A stretch of DNA of 64,000 bases from the IMG/VR virus record IMGVR_UViG_3300025087_000689. The stretch is one strand, 5' to 3'. The DNA is from a virus. Its lineage: Duplodnaviria; Caudoviricetes. Every line of letters starts with the position of its first letter. Position 1 is the first letter of the stretch. The notes below the pieces were generated by a model. The model was given only the letters and a program-made list of their open reading frames with translations, had not been told where the DNA came from and did no database searches. Both the position numbers and the translations under genes were made by a program. Below are positions 1 to 11,154 of the stretch, piece after piece.

Positions 1-1674
1 CCCGAAAAATTTCGCGGTTATAGTTCAGGTTCATTAATCGTTACTGATAGGTCAGTCGAATCACAATTTGTAGATTTTAATTTACCTTTGTTTTATGAAT
101 ACCAGTTGATGTATGATTCTTATTTGATGGATCCTTCATTACCTGATGGATTTTTAATTATCAGAAAAAATTTCGAATCTCTAGTTAATCCAGATAATTA
201 TGTTCTTGAAACTAGACTATTCCCAACCAGTAGTGGCAGATATAGTAGTGATTCTACTTCTGGTTTTCTATGGGGTACTAGACCTATCTCAGGTAATGTT
301 GTTACATCACGACTTCTTTTACCTGCAAGAGAGAAGGATAATTTTTATACCGTCGAATATAATAAGTATATTAACGACACAATTCAAGAACATTACAATG
401 AATTTATTAATGAACAAGTTTTATATAATTCTAATGATTATACTATAACTCCTAGTTCTATTGTTTTAGTGGAGGGAGGAGATATTGTTTCTGGTGCTAT
501 TTTATATGTTCAAAGACAACCAGATTCATATATAAAGATTAAAAGTCCTTTTTACTCTAATGATAAGTCTAAGGTTTTACCATGGCAATTTCAAGTATCA
601 TGTGGTGAGTTTTTATTATCGTCTGGTATTTTTGGTGGAAGTAGGTCTTACTATGTATCTAATGACTACGTGAGTGGGTACTACGCGAGTGGTCATATAG
701 TTAATTCTGAGATTCCACAGTTTATTAACAAGAATATAATTAAGGTCGGTGTCACTCCTTTATATACGTCTGGTTCTATATATCCTACTTATTCAGTGTC
801 TAATACTATATTATCAGGCACAATTAATGGCAGGTATATCATAGATAGAATTTCTTCTATTGATTATAATAATGGTTATATTTATCTTAAACAAGATATC
901 AAACCAACAGATAGTATTCAATTAACTTATATTTATGATTATACGAAGACTATTCTCGCTGGTAGTATTGATCTTAATCCAAAGAATACAATTAATGCGA
1001 ATGTCGATATTGCGTTAGATTCTGTTGGACTTGTCGTTGTTCCGTCTGGAACTACATTTTATAACTCTAATTCCGATCCAAGTGGATGGAGTTATTTAGC
1101 TTATTATCCCATGAGTGATAATATTAGTGGTGATTTCTCAGCTGGTATTACTAAGGGGTACGCTGTTGAAAGTGCTACTGAAGCAATGATGCAAGGTTGT
1201 GTTTCTGGATTAATACCTTCTGGATCTAGGCTGATTGGAATTTTTTCATTAAATTCATTGTCTAATGACATGGTGAAGGTTTATGATGCTCGTAAATCTG
1301 GAGGATATATTTCTAGTGATATTAAGGCTATAAGTGGATGGAGGGGATTTAGTGATATTGGATATTGGGATGGTGAGCCTTTTCCACATGCTGGAACATT
1401 GGTAATACAGATACCTTCTGGAGTATACCGTGAAATATATGAGCTTTTTGATTCAAATACAGAATATACACAACAAACATCATTATACACACCTGATCTT
1501 ACCAGGATTATTGAACGGGATGTTTCATCTTATGATAGCAGAGAACAACATATTCATAATGATGTTAAAAAATATATAAGAGACACAATAGAAAGATATT
1601 TGCCAGCTGGATTTTTATATATTATAGTTGATGAGAACTTTAATCCGTGGTCTTCTATACGGGGTGAATCCTAA
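1..1674 (+). CDS. Putative virion structural protein (tail/baseplate region), 5'-truncated, Ser-Gly rich
   Basis: Frame is open from base 1 (PEKFRGYSSG...) to TAA 1674, so the TTG at 88 is not the true start. First of a tightly coupled run of large beta-rich ORFs; no enzyme motif. Confidence 0.45.
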   Translation, partial: PEKFRGYSSGSLIVTDRSVESQFVDFNLPLFYEYQLMYDSYLMDPSLPDGFLIIRKNFESLVNPDNYVLETRLFPTSSGRYSSDSTSGFLWGTRPISGNVVTSRLLLPAREKDNFYTVEYNKYINDTIQEHYNEFINEQVLYNSNDYTITPSSIVLVEGGDIVSGAILYVQRQPDSYIKIKSPFYSNDKSKVLPWQFQVSCGEFLLSSGIFGGSRSYYVSNDYVSGYYASGHIVNSEIPQFINKNIIKVGVTPLYTSGSIYPTYSVSNTILSGTINGRYIIDRISSIDYNNGYIYLKQDIKPTDSIQLTYIYDYTKTILAGSIDLNPKNTINANVDIALDSVGLVVVPSGTTFYNSNSDPSGWSYLAYYPMSDNISGDFSAGITKGYAVESATEAMMQGCVSGLIPSGSRLIGIFSLNSLSNDMVKVYDARKSGGYISSDIKAISGWRGFSDIGYWDGEPFPHAGTLVIQIPSGVYREIYELFDSNTEYTQQTSLYTPDLTRIIERDVSSYDSREQHIHNDVKKYIRDTIERYLPAGFLYIIVDENFNPWSSIRGES

Positions 1675-3971
1675 TGTTTATATTTGAAGATAAAAATAAC
1701 GATTATTTAAATCAAGAAGTTGATTTAAGATTAAGTGAACTAACATCGCAAGGTTTAATTAAATCTGAAGAAGAATATAAACGCGTCATTCAAAATACAC
1801 TTAATAGTATTGATGCCGATCTTCAGCGTATTACAGATGTTAAAAAATATGCAGTTAAAAGCGATGAGACTATTTCATCTAAACAATTAAATGAACTTTT
1901 CACTGATTTAGAATCAGATGTTAGAATTTTACATAAAGAGATCTCTGATATTCATCATGTTATTGATCTTACTTTTGATCGAAATAGATTATTTTATAGA
2001 CGAATTAAAAATAGAATAGCCGCTATTTGGAAAGAAATTCAACATTTTAGAGAGAATACATTTAATATTGAAGCGAGTAATTATACGTTTTTTGAATCAT
2101 TCAGTGAAAATTCTGTCATGCATTTAAGTGGACTAACCATAGATAAGAAAACAGGGACTCTAGTTTTAGCTCCCGGTTATATTAATTCGTTTAGTGATTC
2201 ATCTGATATTGCATCTATTGATATGAGTCTATATCCAGCAGCGAATAAAGATGGTGGAGTTATTGATACCACAAATATTAAAAACACATTTGACTATAAC
2301 TATAGTTCTGGAGATCACACACTTCTTAAAGATGGTCTTTGGAAAGTTCAAATGTTAACTGCTGATATACCAGAGATCATATTAGATATATTTGGTAGAG
2401 GAATGAATCGTACATATCGGGGTATTGTGACTAATATTGAAATAACATTCACTAGCCAAAAAATTATTAACGAAATCAATGTAGATCCTTATGGTGATTT
2501 TTCAACTAAGGTTATTGGTGTACGATATCAGGTTGATGAAACATCAACTGAATGGCTTGATGTAGTGGATGAGAATGGAGTAACAGTTACTAGTTCAGAT
2601 GTTGATTGGATAGTACTAAGAAATTTCGCACCTATATCAGCTAAGAAGTTACGTATATATTTTTATCAACCTAATTATCAGATCATTAGTCGGCTTCTAA
2701 ATAGCGTGGATAGCATGGTAGATAAGATGGTTAAAGCTCTTATTGAACAGCGTTTTGAGAAAGTTAATTATAAATATAAATCTAAAGATCAATTTCCAAA
2801 ATGGGATACATCCGAGGAAGCAGATCTCTACGATGAAATTATGAAAATTATCGATGAGGGTGGTGATATTAGTACACTTGAATCTCAAATTACAAACTTA
2901 TTAGTACCACAACCAATAGATATCTCTGCTGATATTAGAAATTGGAAATTATTTAATCTCGGTGCTTGGTCTATTGATCCAAGAAATGTCGCCTATTCTC
3001 CTCAATCTACTGGAGTATATATTTCTCACGACCCTAGAGATCATACATCTGGATTTAAAGTAACTAATGGAGTTCCAAGTTATGTAAAATTATATACACA
3101 GCAATCGGAACCTTCCACTACATCTATTGAATGGTCTCTTCTTGTAGATACAGATAATGTTAACTATAAAGAGATTCCGATTATTCCTAATAATGATATA
3201 TGGAGAAATGAAACTGCCAAATATAACGAACATTTGAATCTTAAATATTATTCTCGTGCGGCCAGACAAGTGGTAAATCATAAAAATATGTATAATGTTT
3301 TTAAATTGGATTTCCCTATTCACCCAGCATATATTGCATCTATCGTAATTACAGAGAATGGTTTACCTTTAGCCGCTAGTAACTATCGTTATTTTGAATT
3401 TTATAATAGTACTGAACTTTATGTTCCGAATGCGGATTTAACTAATAATGGGATATATACTATCAAGTATATACCAGCTATGTTGGATACGGTTAAGTGT
3501 TGGACAATTATTCCAAATACCTTACCAAGAGCAGGACAAGTTGATATCGGAACAATGTGTGTTTTTGCTACTAAACAAGCGGCTATCAATATGGTTAATC
3601 TTTTAAAACAATCTATTACAATAGCTAATAAACCAAAAAATGTAGTTGTATCAAAAGGATATACTATAGTGTCTCAATTATGCACTGTCAAAGAATATAA
3701 CTTTTGGTTTTTAAATGGAACAGTTAATACATTTATTGATAGTGCACTGGATAATGACAATGACAGAAATAATCAAATAAGTTGGTTTGCCACTAATGAT
3801 AAGAATTTTAAATATAATATGAGTGATACTCGAGTAACATGGTTATTTAGAACCAATGTTTTTATTACACAGAAAGTAACGCCTTATAGTGAAAATGGAT
3901 ATGATGAATATACATGGAAAGAATTACCGGCTGCTGTTCCATCTGTTAAAATAAAGGAGATCCAACACTAA
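1674..3971 (+). CDS. Putative virion structural protein, 765 aa
   Basis: TAATG coupling to the previous ORF. N-terminal coiled coil then FFESFS...IDKKTGTLVL module shared with the 4771 and 11155 ORFs. Confidence 0.45.
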   Translation: MFIFEDKNNDYLNQEVDLRLSELTSQGLIKSEEEYKRVIQNTLNSIDADLQRITDVKKYAVKSDETISSKQLNELFTDLESDVRILHKEISDIHHVIDLTFDRNRLFYRRIKNRIAAIWKEIQHFRENTFNIEASNYTFFESFSENSVMHLSGLTIDKKTGTLVLAPGYINSFSDSSDIASIDMSLYPAANKDGGVIDTTNIKNTFDYNYSSGDHTLLKDGLWKVQMLTADIPEIILDIFGRGMNRTYRGIVTNIEITFTSQKIINEINVDPYGDFSTKVIGVRYQVDETSTEWLDVVDENGVTVTSSDVDWIVLRNFAPISAKKLRIYFYQPNYQIISRLLNSVDSMVDKMVKALIEQRFEKVNYKYKSKDQFPKWDTSEEADLYDEIMKIIDEGGDISTLESQITNLLVPQPIDISADIRNWKLFNLGAWSIDPRNVAYSPQSTGVYISHDPRDHTSGFKVTNGVPSYVKLYTQQSEPSTTSIEWSLLVDTDNVNYKEIPIIPNNDIWRNETAKYNEHLNLKYYSRAARQVVNHKNMYNVFKLDFPIHPAYIASIVITENGLPLAASNYRYFEFYNSTELYVPNADLTNNGIYTIKYIPAMLDTVKCWTIIPNTLPRAGQVDIGTMCVFATKQAAINMVNLLKQSITIANKPKNVVVSKGYTIVSQLCTVKEYNFWFLNGTVNTFIDSALDNDNDRNNQISWFATNDKNFKYNMSDTRVTWLFRTNVFITQKVTPYSENGYDEYTWKELPAAVPSVKIKEIQH

Positions 3972-4771
3972 TGGCAACTCCTAATTATGCTATTTTAGCT
4001 CAAGGATATTTAACTCGTTTAGAGAGTATTAAAAAAGATTTGCAGGCTGGAAATTATACTGATTCCAGTTTAGATAAAACTATTACAACTCTTAGTACTA
4101 TACAATCTACTATTAATTACTTTGGTTTTTTAAATATTGTTACTAGTCCGCAGACTGCTAGAATACCAATTTTGATTAGATATATTTATAACTTAATTAA
4201 GGTTTTGAGAGATTTAATTAAACAAAATTCTGAGATAATGTATCCACCAGAATATGTGTTTCCTAAGAATCCAAATCTAGTCCAGTATCTTGAACCACAA
4301 AAAGTAATAAACGAAATATATAAAGATGATGGATCTGGATTAAAATTTGAATTGGGATTTACTGGGACGTTTAATGTTATTAGAACTAAATATCCTCCAT
4401 ATCTTGATAGATCTTTTTTTGATTTTAAAAATCAAGAATGGACAGAAAAACAAATAACAGTTAATATAGCAGATAATCCGAATGTAAAAGATATAACACC
4501 ATACTTCACAAGTTCAGTTGTTAACTTTTCTGGTACATCTTCTGGAATACATGATAAGATAGTATATTACTTTGATGGAGAAAAGATTGTAACTAACTTT
4601 GATTTTAGTAATGTTGATGATAGAAAAACAGTAAAAATTTCATATAAGAAGCTTTTAAATTCACTGCGAGTCAAAGCTACTTTAAGAACTAATACACTTG
4701 GAATTTCTTATTATACCCCAGTTGTAGATCAGTATACTTTATTAGTAGATAAACAAAGGGTTCTAAACTAA
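3971..4771 (+). CDS. Hypothetical protein in structural operon
   Basis: 266 aa ORF, TAATG-coupled on both sides. Confidence 0.5.
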   Translation: MATPNYAILAQGYLTRLESIKKDLQAGNYTDSSLDKTITTLSTIQSTINYFGFLNIVTSPQTARIPILIRYIYNLIKVLRDLIKQNSEIMYPPEYVFPKNPNLVQYLEPQKVINEIYKDDGSGLKFELGFTGTFNVIRTKYPPYLDRSFFDFKNQEWTEKQITVNIADNPNVKDITPYFTSSVVNFSGTSSGIHDKIVYYFDGEKIVTNFDFSNVDDRKTVKISYKKLLNSLRVKATLRTNTLGISYYTPVVDQYTLLVDKQRVLN

Positions 4772-6291
4772 TGGATACCATTCGTAAACAACTAGTTGAT
4801 GATAAACGAGCTAATGATATATTTGCTCGTGTAAGACTTCGTTTATCAAATGAAAGAATTAAAACAAATGAGAAATACCTTGAAATATTGATTGATGAAA
4901 TAAATAAATATTTTTCTGATTTATCTACTAGCACTATCAATTCGAATGATCTTCCAGACGAGAGAACCGGACCGTTAGTTAATAACCATAATAAATTATT
5001 AGTAGATATTGCTTCTGATTTAGATAAAGTAAATAAAAAAAGAATAGAGGTACAATCAGTAATTACCAAAGCCGTTAATTATTTATCAGCTGAGAGAGTT
5101 AGTGTTAATAACGCCGTTAGTAAAATGCATGCTAGAATTATTAATCAAAAATTAAGAACATCAGCTAATGATAGACATATAACATTTTTTTCAGAGTACT
5201 TTACTAATGATAAATTCGTTGATAAAAAGTTAAGTAAAAATGTCAGTGTTGATTCCGCTTTAAGTGCCTTGACTCTTTCATCTCTAGTTGAGAATAAAGA
5301 TAATTCTAATATGATAGATACCAATGAAATATTTGTGGAAGTTAAACTTAAAAATAATGAATCAGTAAATAGATTTGCTATTTATCCAGCGAGTCAACCT
5401 ATTAATCAAATACATATGGCTGGGTTTGGACGCACCGTTACTAACAATGATGTAATAACACCAATGAAAAACTTAAATAGTGCTGGTACAAATTCTGAAA
5501 AATATAATAATATTCAGAAACAATGTGTAGTTACGGGTGAGATTACAGATCCTTTTACATTTGGTGAATTTGAATTAATATTTAATGATTTTAAAAATCA
5601 AAATCTTCGTAACACCATAATTAAGTCTATTAAAAGATCAGTTCCAAATGCCGCTAACTTAGATGTAGATCCCCAACATGTTGTTACTAATAGCACAGGA
5701 CCTTTAGGTTCGTCTTTTAATGGTGCATATTATCTTCCTAATAAAACTATAGCCACGGATAATGTTGTTTTAAAAGAGTTAATTCAATCTGTTGGATTAA
5801 AGTTTAAATTAAAACAAGGTCAATTACGTGGATTACTATCTTATATACGGATTAACTTTGTTCCATCTGAAACTAATTTATCTATACCTCAGATAAATTA
5901 TAACGAATCTTATATTAAAGATTCTAATGGTATTATTTATAAACCATTTAAAGAAATGAAATCTGTTATAAATGGCGACGTCGAAGATAGATTGCTTATG
6001 TTAGATTCAGTTGTTGTGTCACCTATAGAATTTTATATTGCTTTTCAATTACCTAACCTAATAGCTATACCTATTAAAAGCTATACTGGTCTTTGTTGGA
6101 AAGTAAGATTACATGGTTCTGATGTGACTGGATATGCTAGTGATAATCAAGTGTTTACTTCTTCATCTAATAAGTATATCTTTGTATATCATGATGTTAT
6201 TAGAGATGCATCAGATACAAATTTTCAAGATATTAATAAATCTCGATTAAAAGAAATAATGTCACATTATGATATTACCACTTTAACTTAG
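4771..6291 (+). CDS. Putative virion structural protein, 506 aa
   Basis: N-terminal coiled coil plus FFSEYFT...VDSALSALTL module, like 1674 and 11155. Confidence 0.45.
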   Translation: MDTIRKQLVDDKRANDIFARVRLRLSNERIKTNEKYLEILIDEINKYFSDLSTSTINSNDLPDERTGPLVNNHNKLLVDIASDLDKVNKKRIEVQSVITKAVNYLSAERVSVNNAVSKMHARIINQKLRTSANDRHITFFSEYFTNDKFVDKKLSKNVSVDSALSALTLSSLVENKDNSNMIDTNEIFVEVKLKNNESVNRFAIYPASQPINQIHMAGFGRTVTNNDVITPMKNLNSAGTNSEKYNNIQKQCVVTGEITDPFTFGEFELIFNDFKNQNLRNTIIKSIKRSVPNAANLDVDPQHVVTNSTGPLGSSFNGAYYLPNKTIATDNVVLKELIQSVGLKFKLKQGQLRGLLSYIRINFVPSETNLSIPQINYNESYIKDSNGIIYKPFKEMKSVINGDVEDRLLMLDSVVVSPIEFYIAFQLPNLIAIPIKSYTGLCWKVRLHGSDVTGYASDNQVFTSSSNKYIFVYHDVIRDASDTNFQDINKSRLKEIMSHYDITTLT

Positions 6292-6299
6292 GATAATAC

Positions 6300-9200
6300 A
6301 TGAGTTTTTATAAAAATAATTTAATTGATGTTGGTTTAAATCAAGTAATATATACTGTTACTGAACAACCATATTCTTTTAATATTTGTTCATTAAATAA
6401 TGTTGTTACTCCAAGTATATCTGGAAATTTAAATTCAACAAGAATTAGAGTTCCTTTTGATATGATTGTATTTGGTAGGGTTCGTTTATTAACACTATCC
6501 ACTAATTCACTTAATTGGGAATATTTTTGGAGTAATACTACTACATATGCTCAAACTAACTGTATGGTTGGTGTTAATCAAAATTATTTTAATAAAGTAG
6601 GAACTACGAATACAGCTACTTATGGATGGCCTGTTCCGATATATGGTGGAGTCAGCGAACCAAAATTTTATTATTCTATTAATCCAACAAGTAGAACATC
6701 TATTCCAATCAATACAGGTGGTAAACCATGGGCTTATTTGGAAAATTTTATTGCCATGCCTGTGGCTAATGGAACTAGAAGTTATTCAACAACTATAATC
6801 AGTATCACCGATAGTTATCAAGAACTTCAACGTGAACTACAGTATGATAGCTCAAATGAGATTATACATTACATCACTCTAGCTAAGTATAGTTTTAAAT
6901 ATAAAGGTTTAATACAAACACAATTATATCAATCACCATTAGAATATATGCGAGGTCCTTATAATATTACTTTATTATTGGATTTTAAATATCATATTTC
7001 TAATCCTACCAAATTAGTTGGTCTCGATATTCTAAATAAATATATTCTTAATATTGGTGAATCTACTGGTATTAATCCGTCTGTAAGTTTAGTTCCCGGT
7101 GGAACTTGGAGTATTGGTGTTGATTTTGGTTCTTTTCCAACGACTAGTTTTGGTGTTAGACAACCAAGCGTATTCAAATATACTTTAACTCGAACAAGTG
7201 ACACGTTTTTATGGAACGACCATAAGATATATTATCCTACAACAGTTGATCAATCTGAAATAAATAAATTTAGTTCTTTTCAAAGCACACCAACGGAATC
7301 CGGTGTTTGTGTTTTATATGAACAAGGAAGATTTCGTACAAGTGAATATTTTCATTATGATCAAAATGGAGTTCCGGAATTAGTTGATTGGAGATTATCG
7401 ATAATAGAAAAAAGCCATTGGGTACCTGAGAAACGTGCTCCAGCATCAAGAGAATTAAGTAGATATAGGACGCTTCCTTATGTATGGTCTCTTAATCCTA
7501 GTGGTGTTATTAATACCACTGATGGAAGAGCCTTTCCCATTCTTTCTCCAGTTCGTCAGACATATAATAGCCAGTACTGTTCGTCAGCTATTTTTTCTCT
7601 TCCCGATGAAACATCTAAATATACTATTGAATTGCTTCCACTTTATGGATTCAATGTAGTGGCTAGTAACTTTCCTGGCGGTATTGGTTCAATGGTAGCA
7701 TTGAATGATAAAAGTATTAAAGCACAAGAAAGAGAATTACAGATAGCTGGAGTGACTTATACAACCGCTGGAGATGATTTCTATATTCTTTATATTCTAA
7801 CTAGAGAAAATCTATACATGCATGTAATATATGGAAATAATAACTCGGCAATATATACTTATCCTGGTAGAAATAATATCATTGGTGTATATAGTAACTC
7901 TCCATTATCTGAAAATCTAACATGCGAGTATCTTACTACGGTGCAAAAGACTTTATTCTTTACACTGGAGACTAAGATTTATAGAATAAATATGTCTTCT
8001 ATGATTCCTACGGCTTCTCTAAATACTGAAATAACTGATACAGCTGTTAACTATGATATACTTTTAACTTTTTCAAATAAAGAACAGGCAAACGAAGCTA
8101 AGAAACGTATTGATTTAAATCAATGGGAAGTTAGAACTACAACAGGTCAACTTATTACTATTGATAAAAAAGAATCTCGTGTCGGAAAGAGAGACGGCAC
8201 TGACTTAGAGAAAGTATATATAAGAATAAATCTTATACAATATCTTCGCGATAGTGGTGCTTTAGTGGTAGAAAATCTAAAACTATATGTTAGGGCTATT
8301 GATTTTCATGTACCTTACATTATAGTATGCACTATTACCGTTGATGGTAGAATATTACAACTAGGAAGTTTGACATTTAATTATAAAGGAATAACTTGTA
8401 ATGTTCCATTAAGTGCTTCCTTTGCTAATGGTGTTATACATACGACATTAAATGATTTAAACACTAGTACTTTTACTGTTAGTGCACCTGGTGATGTAGC
8501 TAATGTGCTCTCCACTAAATTAACATGGGCTGCGGATAATCAAAATTGGATGACTGTTGGTGAATGTACATCAAGAGAAGGGACTGGTTCCTCAGGGTTT
8601 TTTAATAATGCATATCCTGCTAAATATCTAATATGGAATAAAAAGAACCCCACAGAAACTCAATTTCTGATTCATGGTAATACTTCGACGCCAGTAAGAT
8701 CAAATACAGTTTCCGGTAATGTTGGAACTAATAGCGGATTAAAACTCGTTGTAACCAGTAAGTGTTACGAAAAAAAAGAATACATGTTGCCTCAAATAAC
8801 AGTGTATGATGATCATAAATTTATAATTGGAAAGATATACAATGACAATTTAGTAGATATAGATAGAGTTCCAAATGGATTTTCGACAAATTATTCTGTT
8901 AAAAATAATAATATGTTTGTTCCAAAATTAAGTGATAATAATAATTATGCCTATACATTTAACTTTAGATGCAGTCCTAATTATTTAGATATAACTGGAA
9001 GATATACTATTTATTACGAGAATGATACAAGCGATCCTATATCTGGCCGTATTAGTACACCAATGATTAAACGCTGGTGGATTATAGGTATACCAGTTAA
9101 ACAAGATAATCCTTATTTACCATATGTTAATTATATTCGTGGTATTACTGCTGATGGAGGTGCAATTACTTTAACTAGTGGCACGCTTAATGAGGTATTA

Positions 9201-9599
9201 ACTGAGGGTGTTTATCCTCCAACTAGAATAACAGAATATAATTTTGACTACAAACATCGTCCGAATTATGCTTATAGATCTGTTTCTAGAGCTTATCTTC
9301 ATAATGAATATACAGATAGACTTGTTCTACATGTTACTAACGCGACAGGAAATACCAATTGTGGAACGGTTTGGACTAGTGGAACTTGTACTGTTCCTTC
9401 TGGTTATATGGATTTTAAAGATGTTCAGTTTTCTGATTCTAATTTAGGTATTGCATCATTAACAAGTGGTATGATTCCTAATGGTTTATATGGCATATTT
9501 TTTATAGTTGAAGATACAATAGGCCATAGAACTGGTATTGATTTACTTCAGTTATCGACTTCTACTCAACTACCAGCATCTGGTGGATTTAATTATTAA
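6300..9599 (+). CDS. Large beta-rich putative tail/baseplate protein, 1099 aa
   Basis: Long ORF rich in T/S/N/Y/G; Ser-Gly-rich C-terminal third; no catalytic motif recognised. Confidence 0.4.
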   Translation: MSFYKNNLIDVGLNQVIYTVTEQPYSFNICSLNNVVTPSISGNLNSTRIRVPFDMIVFGRVRLLTLSTNSLNWEYFWSNTTTYAQTNCMVGVNQNYFNKVGTTNTATYGWPVPIYGGVSEPKFYYSINPTSRTSIPINTGGKPWAYLENFIAMPVANGTRSYSTTIISITDSYQELQRELQYDSSNEIIHYITLAKYSFKYKGLIQTQLYQSPLEYMRGPYNITLLLDFKYHISNPTKLVGLDILNKYILNIGESTGINPSVSLVPGGTWSIGVDFGSFPTTSFGVRQPSVFKYTLTRTSDTFLWNDHKIYYPTTVDQSEINKFSSFQSTPTESGVCVLYEQGRFRTSEYFHYDQNGVPELVDWRLSIIEKSHWVPEKRAPASRELSRYRTLPYVWSLNPSGVINTTDGRAFPILSPVRQTYNSQYCSSAIFSLPDETSKYTIELLPLYGFNVVASNFPGGIGSMVALNDKSIKAQERELQIAGVTYTTAGDDFYILYILTRENLYMHVIYGNNNSAIYTYPGRNNIIGVYSNSPLSENLTCEYLTTVQKTLFFTLETKIYRINMSSMIPTASLNTEITDTAVNYDILLTFSNKEQANEAKKRIDLNQWEVRTTTGQLITIDKKESRVGKRDGTDLEKVYIRINLIQYLRDSGALVVENLKLYVRAIDFHVPYIIVCTITVDGRILQLGSLTFNYKGITCNVPLSASFANGVIHTTLNDLNTSTFTVSAPGDVANVLSTKLTWAADNQNWMTVGECTSREGTGSSGFFNNAYPAKYLIWNKKNPTETQFLIHGNTSTPVRSNTVSGNVGTNSGLKLVVTSKCYEKKEYMLPQITVYDDHKFIIGKIYNDNLVDIDRVPNGFSTNYSVKNNNMFVPKLSDNNNYAYTFNFRCSPNYLDITGRYTIYYENDTSDPISGRISTPMIKRWWIIGIPVKQDNPYLPYVNYIRGITADGGAITLTSGTLNEVLTEGVYPPTRITEYNFDYKHRPNYAYRSVSRAYLHNEYTDRLVLHVTNATGNTNCGTVWTSGTCTVPSGYMDFKDVQFSDSNLGIASLTSGMIPNGLYGIFFIVEDTIGHRTGIDLLQLSTSTQLPASGGFNY

Positions 9600-9612
9600 G
9601 AGGTAATGAACA

Positions 9613-11145
9613 GTGAATATTAATCAAAGAGGTATAGTTTCGGGTTTTTTAAAAGCCACGGATATATCTGTAAGTGGTTTAGCTCCTTATTTTTCTATCG
9701 GTAAACCATTACCAGTACCAGCCATTAGTATATATGTTAGCGGCACTTTAACTGATATAGAGAGTCAATTAGGTAATTATAAAGATAGTGAAATTAGTTT
9801 ATATGCTTGTGCCGTTCCATCTGGAACCAATGGACCTGTTAGTGCAGTTGATTTATTATCAGGATATGTATTGGGTGGTTATGGTCAACTTCCATGTAGA
9901 AAGATTGAAGGTTCTACTTTATTCCCTTCTCATAGCACATGTACAATTACGAAAGTTTCTATTAGTGGAGTCCCTCCTACGTTTACTACTATAAGTGGAA
10001 ATACATATTATGATATATATGCTACTCATGTTCTTACAACTATTACTGATTCTAAAAGAGTCGTGGCTGGATATGGCACTCTTCAGGTATTAGGTGGGTA
10101 TTTAACACAAGCTCCTTATCCAGATCTTAGTGAACTTAATTCTATTATAGAAGATCATGGTGAAGTTGTAACGAATAATACACTTATGACATTTGTATTT
10201 CGGTTTCCAGAAACATTGAGTTTGTTTGCGAATAGTGGTTCTTTTGGAGCTGGTTATCCTGATTTGGCTGCATCAGGTATGATACAAATGAGTTGTTCTG
10301 GTAATTATAGTGGTGTGTATTTTCCAGCTACTTATGATGGAACTAATGATAACATCAATCCAATTTATCAGTATCTACAGCCAAGTGGTACTATAACATG
10401 GAAGATTCCAAAAAAATTTACTGTTAATCCGGATGTTTATGGATGGTATACGTTTCGACTTAATTATATTAATTCCTCTGGTTTGTTATCACCTACTGTT
10501 AATATTGAATTTTTTAGTCGTCAATTAAGGAATTTTGATCAAGCTATTCCAGCGTTACCTGATAACTATCAGATTCAAGATGGAGATATAGCAGGACCTT
10601 ATGTAGTGACTGTAGAAGGTGAAACGGCTCGCTCAAGAATATCTTTGGGTGTCCGAGATATAGATTTGGCTGTAGTGCAATACAATGAGAATGGTACTTA
10701 TATATCATCTCCATACACTAGCGAAAAACCGATCTATGGTCTTAGTATGGAAGTTAATGAGAGTGCACCTAAAATAACAAACTTTAATATATGGGATATG
10801 GTCAAATATTATATACAGTTTGATATTAATGATAATGGTAAATGGTATCAAATCTCACCTAAACCAAGAATAAATGAATTGGATATCAACGGAGTTAACG
10901 TTCCAAATATATTCTTATTAGATAGTAATTTATTCTCTAATGATAAAGTTCTAGATATATATAATATGATATCGTTTATTGATCTAAATAAAGAACAATA
11001 TAATTTTCGCGTAAAAATAGAACTTAATACTAATATAACTGGTTCGCATGGACAATGGACTCCCCAAATATATGATTATAAAATATCAGTTATAGATAGA
11101 GAAGCATTACTTGCTTCTAATTATGAAAGATATCTTTTTAATTAA
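9613..11145 (+). CDS. Putative virion structural protein, 510 aa, Ser-Gly-rich N-terminal half
   Basis: GTG start after AAGAGG RBS; operon context. Confidence 0.4.
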   Translation: MNINQRGIVSGFLKATDISVSGLAPYFSIGKPLPVPAISIYVSGTLTDIESQLGNYKDSEISLYACAVPSGTNGPVSAVDLLSGYVLGGYGQLPCRKIEGSTLFPSHSTCTITKVSISGVPPTFTTISGNTYYDIYATHVLTTITDSKRVVAGYGTLQVLGGYLTQAPYPDLSELNSIIEDHGEVVTNNTLMTFVFRFPETLSLFANSGSFGAGYPDLAASGMIQMSCSGNYSGVYFPATYDGTNDNINPIYQYLQPSGTITWKIPKKFTVNPDVYGWYTFRLNYINSSGLLSPTVNIEFFSRQLRNFDQAIPALPDNYQIQDGDIAGPYVVTVEGETARSRISLGVRDIDLAVVQYNENGTYISSPYTSEKPIYGLSMEVNESAPKITNFNIWDMVKYYIQFDINDNGKWYQISPKPRINELDINGVNVPNIFLLDSNLFSNDKVLDIYNMISFIDLNKEQYNFRVKIELNTNITGSHGQWTPQIYDYKISVIDREALLASNYERYLFN

Positions 11146-11154
11146 AGGATTATT

